NCBI GenBank assembly: GCA_029567145.1
Contig: JAKQLM010000646.1
Location: 1-49,918 of the forward strand
DNA length: 49,918 nt
DNA from: Pseudomonadota bacterium
GTDB lineage: Bacteria > Pseudomonadota > Alphaproteobacteria > Rhodobacterales > Rhodobacteraceae
Direction: 5' to 3'
Below the pieces are notes generated by a model. It saw only the letters and a program-made list of their open reading frames with translations. It had not been told where the DNA came from and did not search any database. Positions 27,762-37,539 of the stretch are shown piece by piece (positions within the stretch are counted from its first letter, which is position 1; each line of letters opens with the position of its first letter). Made by a program: the position numbers and the translations under genes.

Positions 27762-28244
27762 ATGATCCGCAACCTTACCCTCGCTGCAGTCCTGCTTGCC
27801 CCCCTTCCGCTGGCCGCGCAGGACCTGCCGACCGCACCCTATCTGCCGCTTGAAATGGCGGTGACCGCGGCACAGGCGGCCTTGACGGCCTGCGCCGCAG
27901 AGAAGCACGCTGTCAGCGTCGCGATCGTCGCGCGTGACGGGGCAACGAAGGTCGTGCTGAAGGCCGACGGCTCGGGCCCGCACACCGGGTCCAGCGCGAC
28001 CGGCAAGGCGTTCGGTTCGGCCGCTTTGGGGCGTGACACCGCCGGGCTGGCAGAGTTCATCGCGACCAACCCGCAAAACGATGGCCTGCGCGACATGGAT
28101 GACCGCCTGGTGCTTCAGGCTGGTGGCCTGCCGATCCGCATCGCTGGCGCGCTTGTCGGCGGCATCGGTGTTGGCGGGGCTCCGTCGGGCGATGTCGATG
28201 CGGCCTGCGCGCGCGCCGGTCTGGACGCCATTGGCGCCGAGTGA
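27762..28244 (+). CDS. Secreted GlcG/HbpS-family heme-binding protein
   Basis: Signal peptide (…LPLAA-Q); VSVAIV, GKAF, GGLPI…VGGIGVGGAPSGDVDAACA. Confidence 0.88.
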   Translation: MIRNLTLAAVLLAPLPLAAQDLPTAPYLPLEMAVTAAQAALTACAAEKHAVSVAIVARDGATKVVLKADGSGPHTGSSATGKAFGSAALGRDTAGLAEFIATNPQNDGLRDMDDRLVLQAGGLPIRIAGALVGGIGVGGAPSGDVDAACARAGLDAIGAE

Positions 28245-28300
28245 TCCATCAGCGTCTGGCCGGTCCAAGCGGCCAGCCAGGCACACAAAGGGAGATACCG

Positions 28301-28978
28301 ATGAAGCCTATCCTTCTGGCACTGGCCCTGATGTCAGCAGCCCCCGGCGCTTTCGCACAGACGGCACCCTCGGCGGACGAAGCTGCCCGCTATGACGGGC
28401 TTTTTCGTGCCGCGCATCTTGGCGACGTGGCCGCAATCCGCAAGGCACTTGCCGCAGGGGATGACCCCGATCAACGGGACCCGGCAGGTCGAACGCCAGC
28501 ACATGTTGCGGCCTTCGCCTCGAACGATGCAGCGCTTCGTGCGCTGGCAGAAGGCGGGGCGGACATGAACGCCCTGGATCGTCAGGTCTATGACGTGCTG
28601 ACCATTGCCGCCGTAGCGGACGATCCCGAGATGGTCTCGCTAGCGATCCAGCTTGGAAACCGGGCCGATCTGGTGACCAGCGTCTATGACGGAACGGCCT
28701 TGATCGCGGCGGCCCATCTTGGCCATGACGAGGTCGTGCGGCAACTGATCGCAGGCGGTGCCCCGCTGGATCACGTCAACAACCTGGGCTGGACCGCACT
28801 GATCGAGGCGGTGATCCTCGGCGACGGGGGCCAAGCGCATATCGCGACGGTCCGCGCACTGGTCGAGGCGGGTGCCGACGCATCCATCGCTGACCGCGAC
28901 GGGGTCACGCCGCTTCAACATGCCGAGGCGCGGGGATTTGACGAAATGGTCGCTCTCCTGCTTGAGGCTGAAAAGTAG
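28301..28978 (+). CDS. Secreted ankyrin-repeat protein
   Basis: Signal peptide MKPILLALALMSAAPGAFA-Q; GRTPAHVAA, GTALIAAA, GWTALIEA, GVTPLQHA repeats; GGAG RBS. Confidence 0.9.
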   Translation: MKPILLALALMSAAPGAFAQTAPSADEAARYDGLFRAAHLGDVAAIRKALAAGDDPDQRDPAGRTPAHVAAFASNDAALRALAEGGADMNALDRQVYDVLTIAAVADDPEMVSLAIQLGNRADLVTSVYDGTALIAAAHLGHDEVVRQLIAGGAPLDHVNNLGWTALIEAVILGDGGQAHIATVRALVEAGADASIADRDGVTPLQHAEARGFDEMVALLLEAEK

Positions 28979-29353
28979 AAAACCCGCCTTGCCCGGCCAG
29001 TCCAACAGGTTCAGCGGATGGTTGGGCGGAAACAGGTTTTCGACAGACGCGTGACCCGGGCCTGCTAAGGATATCTCGCGTAGCCCTGTATCGGGGCCTT
29101 CCTGAGCCTGTGTGGACGTCCATCCCCAGACCTTGCAGATCCAAGGGTTTGGGTTGCGATCCTGATGAGAGCGCGCAAGATTTGTGTTTCGAACGTTAGC
29201 TGACACCTGCGCTTTAACCGATAGGTGGCTTTCACCCATACCCGACTCTGGTCTTGGTCGAATTCTTCAAATCGACGGGACAGGAGTCGGCCAGTTGCAA
29301 TCAGGGGGCAAGCACACCATGCAACGCCATCGTACAAGGCGTTGTACCCCTGA

Positions 29354-30064
29354 TCATGCGCTAAGAATGTACTGCGAAAGCCTGCGATCAAAACCTACGA
29401 CGTGGTGGCCCTTGGCAAATGCCGCCTGAAGCGCTTCACGCACCGCGAGGCGAAGGTCCCGGGCTTGATCGGGGGCTTCCCGCATAAGCCCATCCAGATC
29501 GGTGGGAATGCGCAATGGCAAGGGACTGCCCACCACGGCAGGAGGTTCGAGCCCCTCGGCCAGAGCCGTCACGCCAGGAGAGCAAAGGTCCCAGTCCACC
29601 AGCAGCCGGTCAGAGGCAAGGCCCTTGTTGATGCCCTCCATGGCTCCGTAATACTCGGGCAGGTAGGACCTGGCTGTAGCGCCCAGCCGATGTATGTTCA
29701 GCGCGGCATTCAACGCACGCAGCGGATCGAAGGTCCAGCGGATGCGGGCGATGTTGTGCCGCAAACCCCAGTCGCGCTGGTAAAACTTCAGTCGCAGGCC
29801 AATGTGCAGACCGCGTGCTTGCGGCAATACCGCCAACCGGTGCGAGTGCTGAACTTGCGGATCGCGGGTCGGAAAACCGAAAACATAACCCAGCAGTTGA
29901 CCGTCCACGAACGCCCCGGCGACAAGGCCACCCTCGGCCTGAATCACCATCAAAAGGTCGGCAGGATCGGGCAAGTCGCCTTCGCCCCAGACAGCGCGTT
30001 GCAGGTCTTCTGCGGCGCGGAACTCTGCCATCCCGGACAGGTCGCGGAACGTGACGTCGGTCAT
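29354..30064 (-). CDS. GNAT-family N-acyltransferase (NSAR-associated type)
   Basis: LQRAVWG, HSHRLAV, RGLHIG, WTFDPL..NA, YYGAM, SDRLLVDW; ATGA overlap with NSAR stop. Confidence 0.85.
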   Translation of the reverse strand: MTDVTFRDLSGMAEFRAAEDLQRAVWGEGDLPDPADLLMVIQAEGGLVAGAFVDGQLLGYVFGFPTRDPQVQHSHRLAVLPQARGLHIGLRLKFYQRDWGLRHNIARIRWTFDPLRALNAALNIHRLGATARSYLPEYYGAMEGINKGLASDRLLVDWDLCSPGVTALAEGLEPPAVVGSPLPLRIPTDLDGLMREAPDQARDLRLAVREALQAAFAKGHHVVGFDRRLSQYILSA

Positions 30065-31194
30065 GCTGCATAGTCCTTGGCCGAAAGCGTTGCGATGGCA
30101 AGAAAGTCGTGATCCAGCGTGACGCCAATGCCGGGGCCGGAAGGAACCGGCATTCGGCCCTCCACGCATTCCAGCCGTTCCTCGATGATGTCGCGGACGA
30201 AATACCGACTGGCCGAGGAGGTGTCCCCGGGCTTGGTAAACTGCGGCAGGGTTGACATGTGAATGTTGTGCGCACGGCCTATGCCGGATTCCAGCATGCC
30301 CCCGCACCAGACCGGCACCTGGAAGGCCTGGCACAAGTCATGAATCTGACGTGCCGCGCTGTGCCCGCCGACACGCCCGACCTTGATGTTGATCACGCGC
30401 GCCGCGTCGGTCTGAAGTGCCTTGCGGGCGTGATCGACAGTGCGGATGCATTCATCCAGACACAGCGGCGTGCGGATGCGCTGTTGTAAAGTGGCGTGAT
30501 CGTGGATGTCGTCCCAGGCCAGAGGCTGCTCGATATAGTCCAACCCGAAATCATCCATTCGACCGACAAGGGCGCTGTCGGCCAGCGTATAGCAGCAATT
30601 GGCGTCAACCGTCAGGTGGGCATCTGGGAACTGTTGGCGGACGGCCTGCAAGAGGCCGATGTCGTGCCCGGGCATAACCTTAAGCTTGATGCGCTTGTAG
30701 CCCTGCTCCAGATGCTGCGCGACGCGGTCCAATGTGCCGGACACGGGGCCGATGCCCAGTGAGACACCAACGTCGATAAAATCTCCCGCGCCCCCAAGGG
30801 CGGTCTGCAAGGGCAGACCCAGCGACTTGGCCCAAAGGTCCCAGAACGCCATTTCAACCGTGGCTCTGGCCATGAAGTTCGCCCGCCACGGCGCAAACAG
30901 CCGCGCAAGATGATCGGGGTGGGCGAAAGACCGGCCCAGGACCTGCGGCAGCAAAACGGTCTGAAGCAGGTCCATCGCACCTGCGACGGTTTCTTCAAGA
31001 TAGTCCGGCAATGGGTCCATCACGCCCTCGGCATGGCCTTCCAGCCCGCCGGCGCGCAATGTCAGCAACGGAAAGACCTTTTCGGTCAACGTGCCGGTGG
31101 CGATCGTGAAGGGCGTGACCAGCGGCAGGCGCACCAGCCGCAAGGTGGCCCCGTCAATGCGCAGAGGCGAGAGCATGGGCACAGCGTTGGGCAT
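30061..31194 (-). CDS. o-succinylbenzoate synthase / N-succinylamino acid racemase (enolase superfamily, NSAR/OSBS subfamily)
   Basis: KxK (RIKLK), metal ligands VDAN/IEQP/LDE, INIKVGRVGG, WCGGMLESGIGRAHN, PGDTS. Confidence 0.92.
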   Translation of the reverse strand: MPNAVPMLSPLRIDGATLRLVRLPLVTPFTIATGTLTEKVFPLLTLRAGGLEGHAEGVMDPLPDYLEETVAGAMDLLQTVLLPQVLGRSFAHPDHLARLFAPWRANFMARATVEMAFWDLWAKSLGLPLQTALGGAGDFIDVGVSLGIGPVSGTLDRVAQHLEQGYKRIKLKVMPGHDIGLLQAVRQQFPDAHLTVDANCCYTLADSALVGRMDDFGLDYIEQPLAWDDIHDHATLQQRIRTPLCLDECIRTVDHARKALQTDAARVINIKVGRVGGHSAARQIHDLCQAFQVPVWCGGMLESGIGRAHNIHMSTLPQFTKPGDTSSASRYFVRDIIEERLECVEGRMPVPSGPGIGVTLDHDFLAIATLSAKDYAA

Positions 31195-31284
31195 TGTGAT
31201 CCTCCTGTCCGATGCGCGTTCAAGCCTATGAACCGCAGATTACTTGCATCATTGACCGATTGAAAGTTTCCTGACAAGGTTCCT

Positions 31285-32226
31285 GTGCTGATGGGGGCGA
31301 GAGTGGACCTGATCCCGGAAAAACCTGCCGAAAAGGCCCTGCCGCCTGCGGGTGACCTGCACCGGCGCCTGACCCTGGCCGCCGAAACAGGCACGCCGTT
31401 AGAGCGCACGCTTGCGCATTATCTGGCATCGAACTTGTCTTCTTTGCCGTTTGAAACCGCGGCCAGCGTGGCCGCAAAGGTCGGCGTATCGGAAGCTTCA
31501 GTCGGCCGGTTCTGCCGGTCCATCGGATACCGCCATCTGAAGGACCTGAAATCCGGTCTTCAGGTTGACCTGGGCAAGAAGGCATGGCTGATCGGCGACC
31601 GGCTGCAGGATTTCCACCGCCGCAGCCGCGAGGGTAACGCCGAACTGGCCCGCGCGCTGGAACAAGAGATCGCCGCACTGGTCAGCGTCTACGAACTGGC
31701 TGCCACGTCCGCCTTTGCCGAGGCCGTGACCAGGCTGGCGCGACGCCGCTTTGTCTGGGTCGCGGGCTTCCAGACCGAGCGCGGCCATGCCGCCGAACTG
31801 GTCCACAACCTGCAATACTTGCGCGCCGGGGTGCATCTGGCTGACGTCTCGGGCGGGCATTTCGCCGAAGTCCTGCTGTCAGAGCCGGACGAGACGACCT
31901 TGGTCCTGATTGATGGCGTCCGCTATTCGCGACTGACGCGCGATCTTGCCGCTGCCGCCCGCGACGAAGGCATCCCGGTCACACTGATCACCGATCCGTA
32001 CTGCGACTGGGCCCCTGGGCTGGTGACAGAGCTTTTCGCCGTGCCGACCGATCTCAACCATTTCTGGGACACCACCAGCGCCATGTCATCGCTGATCGGG
32101 CTTCTGGTCAACGGAGTCTTCCGCGAACTCGGCACCGAGGTCGAAGGCCGCATGGCCCGTGTTTCGACGCTTTACGACACCTTCATCGGACACACCGTCC
32201 CGGGGCGCAACCCGGGCAAACCCTGA
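31285..32226 (+). CDS. MurR/RpiR-family transcriptional regulator
   Basis: HTH (ETAASVAAKVGVSEASVGRFCRSIGY) plus SIS domain; start uncertain. Confidence 0.9.
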   Translation: MLMGARVDLIPEKPAEKALPPAGDLHRRLTLAAETGTPLERTLAHYLASNLSSLPFETAASVAAKVGVSEASVGRFCRSIGYRHLKDLKSGLQVDLGKKAWLIGDRLQDFHRRSREGNAELARALEQEIAALVSVYELAATSAFAEAVTRLARRRFVWVAGFQTERGHAAELVHNLQYLRAGVHLADVSGGHFAEVLLSEPDETTLVLIDGVRYSRLTRDLAAAARDEGIPVTLITDPYCDWAPGLVTELFAVPTDLNHFWDTTSAMSSLIGLLVNGVFRELGTEVEGRMARVSTLYDTFIGHTVPGRNPGKP

Positions 32227-32253
32227 CCCCAAGACCAACAGAGAGGACACCGC

Positions 32254-33837
32254 ATGACCATTTCGTTCCGCAAATCCGTTCTTGCCGCCAGCGTCAGCCT
32301 GGCCGCACTGATCGCTGCCCAGACCGCCACCGCGCAGGAAGCCGTGTTCGTGATCGGCACCAGCGAAGTGGGCGCGCCGACCTACAACCCGATCAAGGCC
32401 ACCATGCTGAACACGGCCACTGGCCTTCTGTTCGACCGGCTCGTCAGCCAGGCCGCCGACCTGTCCTATCACCCGTGGCTTGCCGAAAGCTGGGAAGAGG
32501 CGCCCGACGGCATGTCCTGGACCTTCAAGCTGAAGCAGGGCGTCACCTTCCACAACGGCGAACCCTTCAACGCCGACACTGTCAAAGCCTGGCTCGAACT
32601 GTTCAAGACCACCGAGGGCGAGAACACCTACATGGCCGAGGCCATCGCTTCGGTCGAGGTGGTGGACGAGAATACGGTGAAACTCGTGATGTCGCGGCCC
32701 GAGCCGAACTTGCTGTACAACCTGTCCTCGACCTTCATGTCGGTGGTAGAGCCGAAGTCCTTCGCCGCCCTGGGCGACAACTACGGCGTGGCAGAGGTCT
32801 ACGGCACCGGCCCGTACAAGCTGGAAAGCTTCTCCATCGGCCAGGAAACCGTTCTGGTGCGCAATGAGGATTACAAATGGGGCCCGGCGGTGGCCGCGAA
32901 TGCCGGTCCGGCCAAGGTGGAACGCCTGACCTTCCGCGAAATCCCCGAAGATTCGACCGCCTTCCTTGAACTCAAGACCGGCGGGGTGGACTTCCTGCTG
33001 TCGGTGCCCGCCGACCTGATGGGAGAGGTGCAGAAAGAGGCCAATCTGGCCGTGATGACCATGGCCGGCCAGGATGTCTGGTATATGCCGATCAACGTCA
33101 CCAAGCCGCCCTTCGACGACATCCGCGTGCGCGAAGCCGCGGCGAAAGCGATCAACCAGGAAGAAATCCTGGCCTCGGTGTTTGGCGGGGTCGGGGCGGT
33201 GGCCGATACGTTCCTGATTTCCGCCCTGCCGGAAAGCCAGGTCTCGGACGGCGTGAAGATCAAATACGACCCGGCCCGCGCCAATGCGGCCCTGGACGAG
33301 GCCGGCTGGATGATGGGCGAAGGCGGCGTGCGGATGAAGGACGGCCAGCCGCTGAAGGTCACGCTCTGGACGCAAAGCGACAGCATCTTCCGCCGCCTGT
33401 CCGAAGTGATGCAGGCACAGCTCAAGGCCGTGGGGATCGAGGCCGAGATCACCACCTTCGACAGCTCGACCATCCGCGACCAGTACAAGACCGGTGAACA
33501 GCAGCTGGCGGTGCGGTCCTACAACTGGGACAACGCCGACATCGTCGACTGGTTCTTCGGCGGCGACCGGCTGGGGTATCCCAACGTGTCCATGTTCAAC
33601 GATACCAAGGCCGAAGAACTGCGCACCGCGGCGATGACGGGCGCCAAGAACATGGAGGAGCGGATCGCGAACTTCACCGTCTACCACGAATACGTCCTGT
33701 CCCAGTTCCCGATGGCACCGATCTACCAGCCGGTGCAGGCGATGGCCTACAACGCCGACCGCATCGCCCTGCCGGAAACGATCAACGCTCCGGCCTTCGG
33801 GGCGGCGGCCTTCCTGGACCTGGAAGTCAAGGAATGA
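32254..33837 (+). CDS. Peptide/nickel ABC transporter substrate-binding protein (family 5)
   Basis: Signal peptide; LAESWE…WTFKLKQGVTFHNGEPF, GTGPYKL, FDDIRVREA. Confidence 0.93.
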   Translation: MTISFRKSVLAASVSLAALIAAQTATAQEAVFVIGTSEVGAPTYNPIKATMLNTATGLLFDRLVSQAADLSYHPWLAESWEEAPDGMSWTFKLKQGVTFHNGEPFNADTVKAWLELFKTTEGENTYMAEAIASVEVVDENTVKLVMSRPEPNLLYNLSSTFMSVVEPKSFAALGDNYGVAEVYGTGPYKLESFSIGQETVLVRNEDYKWGPAVAANAGPAKVERLTFREIPEDSTAFLELKTGGVDFLLSVPADLMGEVQKEANLAVMTMAGQDVWYMPINVTKPPFDDIRVREAAAKAINQEEILASVFGGVGAVADTFLISALPESQVSDGVKIKYDPARANAALDEAGWMMGEGGVRMKDGQPLKVTLWTQSDSIFRRLSEVMQAQLKAVGIEAEITTFDSSTIRDQYKTGEQQLAVRSYNWDNADIVDWFFGGDRLGYPNVSMFNDTKAEELRTAAMTGAKNMEERIANFTVYHEYVLSQFPMAPIYQPVQAMAYNADRIALPETINAPAFGAAAFLDLEVKE

Positions 33838-33861
33838 TGCCCTGAACCTGGAAAGACCGGC

Positions 33862-34788
33862 ATGCTGTCCTGGCTGATCAAGCGGGTCCTGATGCTCGTG
33901 CCGGTCTTTCTGGCCGTCTCTGTCGTCATTTTTTCGATCCTGCACTTCATCCCGGGCGACCCAATCGACAACCTTCTGAAGATCGGGTCGTCTCCTGGTG
34001 CCCGGGCCGAGATGGAAGCCCGCTATGGCCTCGACCAGCCCCTGCCGGTGCAATACGGCATCTGGCTGGGGCATGTCCTGCAAGGCGACCTGGGCACCGC
34101 AATCGTTGCCCGTCGCCCGGTGGCCGACCTGATCGCGCAGGCGCTGCCACATTCCCTTTGGCTCGGAGGGCTTGCGCTGCTGTTCTCTACCGTCGTCGGC
34201 ATCACGCTCGGGGTGGTGGCCGCGCTGAACCGCGACCGCTGGCCCGACCACGCCATCATGGGGGGCGTGCTGGTCGGCTCCACCATGCCAAGCTTCTGGC
34301 TGGGGCTGATCCTGATGCTGATCTTCTCGGTAAGCCTGGGGTGGTTGCCGGTATCCGGCGCGCGGGGGTGGAGCTCGCTGGTGCTGCCGGTGCTGACCAT
34401 CGGCCTTGGCGGAACCGCGCTGGTGGCGCGCATCACCCGGGTCTCGATGATCGAGGCATCGGGGCGCGATTTCGTGACGCTCCTGCATGCCAAGGGCCTG
34501 TCGCCGCTTCGCATCCAGCTGCGTCATGTGCTGCGCCACGCGCTGATCCCGGTGGTGACGATCCTGGCGCTGCGGATCGGCTGGATCCTGGGCGGCGCGG
34601 TCACGGTCGAGGTGGTCTTTGCCCGGCCCGGCCTGGGTACGCTGCTGATCAAGTCGTTGTCCCAACACGACTATCCGGTGGTGCAGGCCTGCCTTCTGAT
34701 GCTGGCGATGGCCGTGATGCTGGGCACCTTTCTGGGCGACATCCTGCAGGCACTTATGGACCCGCGGGTGCGGGCGGCGCTAACATGA
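33862..34788 (+). CDS. Peptide ABC permease (DppB/OppB type)
   Basis: IPGDP, GLDQPLPVQY, PSFWLG, HVLRHAL, VEVVFARPGLG. Confidence 0.93.
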   Translation: MLSWLIKRVLMLVPVFLAVSVVIFSILHFIPGDPIDNLLKIGSSPGARAEMEARYGLDQPLPVQYGIWLGHVLQGDLGTAIVARRPVADLIAQALPHSLWLGGLALLFSTVVGITLGVVAALNRDRWPDHAIMGGVLVGSTMPSFWLGLILMLIFSVSLGWLPVSGARGWSSLVLPVLTIGLGGTALVARITRVSMIEASGRDFVTLLHAKGLSPLRIQLRHVLRHALIPVVTILALRIGWILGGAVTVEVVFARPGLGTLLIKSLSQHDYPVVQACLLMLAMAVMLGTFLGDILQALMDPRVRAALT

Positions 34789-35624
34789 TCGCCCCTGTTC
34801 GAGCCCTGCGCCGCCCGCAAGGCGGCCTGGCCGGTCTGTGGCTGATCCTGGTGATCCTGGCCGCGCTTTTTGCCCCGCTGCTGACGCCCTATGCCTATGA
34901 CGTCCAGGACCTGCCCAACGCCTATCAGCCGACATCGGCGCAGCATTGGCTTGGCACCGACGAATTCGGCCGTGACCTTCTGACCCGGCTGATCCACGGC
35001 GCGCGCACCTCGCTTTCGGTCAGCGCCACCGCGATTTCCATCTCGGTCCTGTGCGGCATGGTGCTGGGGGCCGCCGCCGCCTGGTTCGGCGGCTGGCTGG
35101 ACCGGGTGGTGACCATGACCGTGGACCTGACCTGGTCCTTTCCGGAAATCCTGATCGCGCTGATCCTGGTGGCCATCATCGGCCCCGGCACCACCGGAGT
35201 GATGATCGCCATCGCCGTGGCTTACCTGGCGCAGTTCACCCGACTGACCCGCGCCCAGATCATGACGCTGAAGGGCGAGACGTTCATCGAAGCCACGCGC
35301 AGCCTGGGCGCGGGCAATGCCCATATCCTGTTCCGCCACCTTTTGCCCAACGCGCTGGCTCCGGTTCTCGTCTCGGCGATGCTGGCGACGGGCGATGCCA
35401 TCATCCTGGAGGCAACCCTGGGCTTCTTCGGCCTTGGCGCCCAGCCGCCAGTGCCAAGCTGGGGCGGAATGATGTCGGCAGGCTCGACCCTGGTGTTCAA
35501 GGCGCCCTGGGTGATCATCTACCCCGGTCTGGCAGTCGCAATCACCGTGGTCGCGATCAACATTTACGGCGATGCGCTGATTGCCGAACTGGACATCCGC
35601 TCGCGGCTGCGGAGGGACGGATGA
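34785..35624 (+). CDS. Peptide ABC permease (DppC/OppC type)
   Basis: HWLGTDEFGRD, RHLLPN, PSWGGM; true start ATG 34785 overlapping upstream stop. Confidence 0.92.
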   Translation: MIAPVRALRRPQGGLAGLWLILVILAALFAPLLTPYAYDVQDLPNAYQPTSAQHWLGTDEFGRDLLTRLIHGARTSLSVSATAISISVLCGMVLGAAAAWFGGWLDRVVTMTVDLTWSFPEILIALILVAIIGPGTTGVMIAIAVAYLAQFTRLTRAQIMTLKGETFIEATRSLGAGNAHILFRHLLPNALAPVLVSAMLATGDAIILEATLGFFGLGAQPPVPSWGGMMSAGSTLVFKAPWVIIYPGLAVAITVVAINIYGDALIAELDIRSRLRRDG

Positions 35625-36580
35625 GCGCGCTTCTGGAACTGGATGGCGTCGGCGTCGCGATCGGCCGGATTGCGCTCCTGGAGGGGATCAGCCTGTCGGT
35701 GGAACGCGGGCAGGTGCTGGGACTGGTGGGCGAAAGCGGCTCGGGCAAATCGCTGACGGCGATGGCGGCAATGGGCCTGCTGCCGCTGATCGGCGGGCGT
35801 GTCACCCATGGCGCGGTGCGGTTCGGCGGGCAGGACATGGCCGCGATGACCGAAGCAGAACGGCGCAAGCTGCGTGGTCGGCGCATCGGCTTTGTCACCC
35901 AGAACCCGATGACCGCTCTCGATCCGGTGCAACGGATCGGCGAACAGATCGACGTGGTATCGCGCCTGCATCTGGGGCTGACCCGCGCCAAGGCCCGGGC
36001 TCGGACGCTGGACTTGATGACGCAGCTGCGCATCCCGGACGCTGCCTCGGTGGCCGAGGCCTGGCCTCACCAGCTTTCCGGCGGAATGAAGCAGCGTATC
36101 GTCATCGCAATGGCCTTAGCTGGCGATCCCGACATGATCATCGCGGACGAACCGACCACGGCGCTGGATGTGACGGTCCAGGCCCAGATCATCCAGATCC
36201 TTGGCGCGCTTGTGCGGGACCGTGGGGTGGCGCTTCTTCTCATAACTCACGACATGGGCGTGGTGGCCCAGGTTTGCGACAGGGTGGCGGTGCTTTACGC
36301 CGGGCGGCTGGCCGAGGAAGGCCCGGCGGGTCCGATCTTCGCGGCACCGGCGCATCCCTACACAGCCGCGCTGATCGGCTGCATCCCGCAGGACGGCATG
36401 GCAAAGGGCAGCCTGACGGGAATACCGGGCACGGTCCCCTCGGCTGCGGCCTTCCCGCCCGGCTGTCGCTTTCACCCGCGCTGCTCCCGCGCGTCCGACC
36501 TGTGCCGCCGCACGGCCCCGCCCGTGGCACCGCACGATGCGGGCCGGGCGGCCTGCCATCATCCGGGGACCGTCGCATGA
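35621..36580 (+). CDS. Peptide ABC ATP-binding protein (DppD type)
   Basis: GESGSGKS, PHQLSGGMKQR, ADEPTTALDV, Cys-rich tail; start ATG 35621. Confidence 0.93.
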   Translation: MSALLELDGVGVAIGRIALLEGISLSVERGQVLGLVGESGSGKSLTAMAAMGLLPLIGGRVTHGAVRFGGQDMAAMTEAERRKLRGRRIGFVTQNPMTALDPVQRIGEQIDVVSRLHLGLTRAKARARTLDLMTQLRIPDAASVAEAWPHQLSGGMKQRIVIAMALAGDPDMIIADEPTTALDVTVQAQIIQILGALVRDRGVALLLITHDMGVVAQVCDRVAVLYAGRLAEEGPAGPIFAAPAHPYTAALIGCIPQDGMAKGSLTGIPGTVPSAAAFPPGCRFHPRCSRASDLCRRTAPPVAPHDAGRAACHHPGTVA

Positions 36581-37524
36581 CCGCGCCGCTGATCCAGATC
36601 GGGGCGCTGAGCAAAAGCTTCCAGTCCGGCGGGGGTCTGTTCGCCAAGCCACGCCGGATGCTGGCGGTGCGCGATGTGACGCTGTCCATTGGCAAGGGCG
36701 AGGTGCTGGGGGTCGTTGGCGAAAGCGGTTGCGGCAAGTCCACGCTTGCCCGGCTGGTCTTGCGGCTGATCGAACCCACCACGGGCCGAGTGACCTTTGA
36801 CGGCACCGACATCACCACCCTTTCGACCCCCGCGCTGCGCAGGCTTCGACGCCGGATGGGAATGGTGTTCCAGGACCCCTATTCCAGCCTCGACCCGCGC
36901 TACACCCTGGCCGAGACGCTAGCAGAACCCTTCCGCGTGCAGCGCGAGGCCGTGCCCGACGGCGGGGTAGAGGCGATGCTGACCGCCGTCGGTCTGCCAC
37001 CGTCGCTGGCGGGCAGCCATCCGCACCAGCTTTCGGGCGGCCAGCGCCAGCGCGTCGGCATCGCCCGGGCATTGGCGCTGCGTCCCGATTTCGTGGTGCT
37101 GGACGAACCCACCGCCAGCCTTGACGTGTCGATCCAGGCGCAGATCATTGCCCTGATGGCCGAGCTGCGCGACCGGCTCGGGCTGACCTATCTCTTCATC
37201 AGCCACGACCTGGGCCTTGTGCGCTATTTCTGCGACCGGATCGTGGTGATGTATCTCGGTGCCGTCGTCGAGGTGCTGCCTGATACCCGCACTGCGCCAC
37301 GCCATCCCTATACCCGGGCGCTGATGCAATCGAACTTCGCTCCCGACCCGACCCGCCGCCGCGCGATCGAGCCCCTGACAGGCGAGATTCCAAGCCCCTT
37401 CGCCCTGCCCCCCGGCTGCGCCTTTGCCACACGCTGCCCGCGCGCAACCGACCTCTGCCGCACCCAGGTCCCGGCGCTGGAGGGCGATCCCGCACATCCG
37501 GTTGCCTGTTTTCATCCGCTCTGA
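36577..37524 (+). CDS. Peptide ABC ATP-binding protein (DppF type)
   Basis: [37 protein letters not shown]; start ATG 36577. Confidence 0.93.
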   Translation: MTAPLIQIGALSKSFQSGGGLFAKPRRMLAVRDVTLSIGKGEVLGVVGESGCGKSTLARLVLRLIEPTTGRVTFDGTDITTLSTPALRRLRRRMGMVFQDPYSSLDPRYTLAETLAEPFRVQREAVPDGGVEAMLTAVGLPPSLAGSHPHQLSGGQRQRVGIARALALRPDFVVLDEPTASLDVSIQAQIIALMAELRDRLGLTYLFISHDLGLVRYFCDRIVVMYLGAVVEVLPDTRTAPRHPYTRALMQSNFAPDPTRRRAIEPLTGEIPSPFALPPGCAFATRCPRATDLCRTQVPALEGDPAHPVACFHPL

Positions 37525-37539
37525 AAGGTCCGAAATCCC

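Noticed and set aside
27762-28244. GlcG-family gene as part of an E. coli-like glc operon with glcB
   Set aside because: It has a signal peptide, lies 20 kb from glcB, belongs to a two-component module, and no glcDEF is present
28979-29353. Intergenic stretch with imperfect inverted repeats and short ORFs
   Set aside because: No convincing RNA, IS or protein motif recognised
30061-31194. menC as part of menaquinone biosynthesis
   Set aside because: No other men genes nearby; GNAT/peptide-transport context fits the racemase role
32086-34668. Long antisense ORFs (also 2225-3988, 14160-15704, 15877-18270, 22890-24110, 48199-49572)
   Set aside because: They shadow well-supported genes on the opposite strand, show no family motifs, and are expected from high-GC codon bias
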